DNA from: Escherichia phage EcNP1
Length of the DNA stretch: 64,000 nt
Sequence record: NC_054910.1
Reading direction: 5' to 3' (one strand)
Shown in pieces: positions 63,877 to 64,000 of this stretch. The translations under genes and the position numbers were made by a program. Under the pieces are notes generated by a model, which saw only the letters and a program-made list of their open reading frames with translations, had not been told where the DNA came from and did no database searches. The stretch's first letter is position 1; every line of letters starts with the position of its first letter.

Positions 63877-64000
63877 TACAAAAAGCCTCTCTTGAATTCA
63901 ACTTGCTTCTCGCCATAATCATATCGAATCTCTGCATTAAATTCGACAGAACCATCTGCGTACATCATAAATGAATGCACAACAACTTCTGTAGACCATG
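63877..64000 (-). CDS. hypothetical protein, 3' end only (5' end beyond window)
   Basis: Open minus-strand frame from window end to TAA at 63877-63879, directly upstream of the next ATG. Confidence 0.35.

Overview
This window is a contiguous segment of a T4-like (T-even, Tevenvirinae-type) myovirus genome, almost fully coding and syntenic with phage T4. Minus strand, 1992-30216: early and middle genes alt (two tandem copies), 30 (DNA ligase), rIII, 31, cd, pseT, the spanin pair, alc, 63 (RNA ligase), denA, nrdB, nrdA, td, frd, 32, 59, 33, dsbA and rnh. Plus strand: the 3' end of the late baseplate genes 48-54 (1-1963) and the late tail-fibre/lysis operon 34-35-36-37-38-t (30321-40540). Minus strand, 40541-64000: asiA, arn, motA, 52, ac, stp, ndd, denB, rIIB, rIIA, 39, motB, dexA, dda, srd, modA and modB. 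It differs from T4 itself in having a T2-type gp38 adhesin, an unsplit gene 39 (39+60 fused), intronless td and nrdB, no homing-endonuclease genes, and two tandem Alt paralogs. I found no rRNA, tRNA, CRISPR array or transposable element. I do not see a clearly new multi-gene system; the candidates worth follow-up are single accessory ORFs and repeat/regulatory elements listed under findings. Protein identities are from my recognition of conserved T4 proteins, lengths, motifs and gene order, not from database searches. Coordinates of features not in the ORF track were counted by hand and may be off by 1-2 bp.
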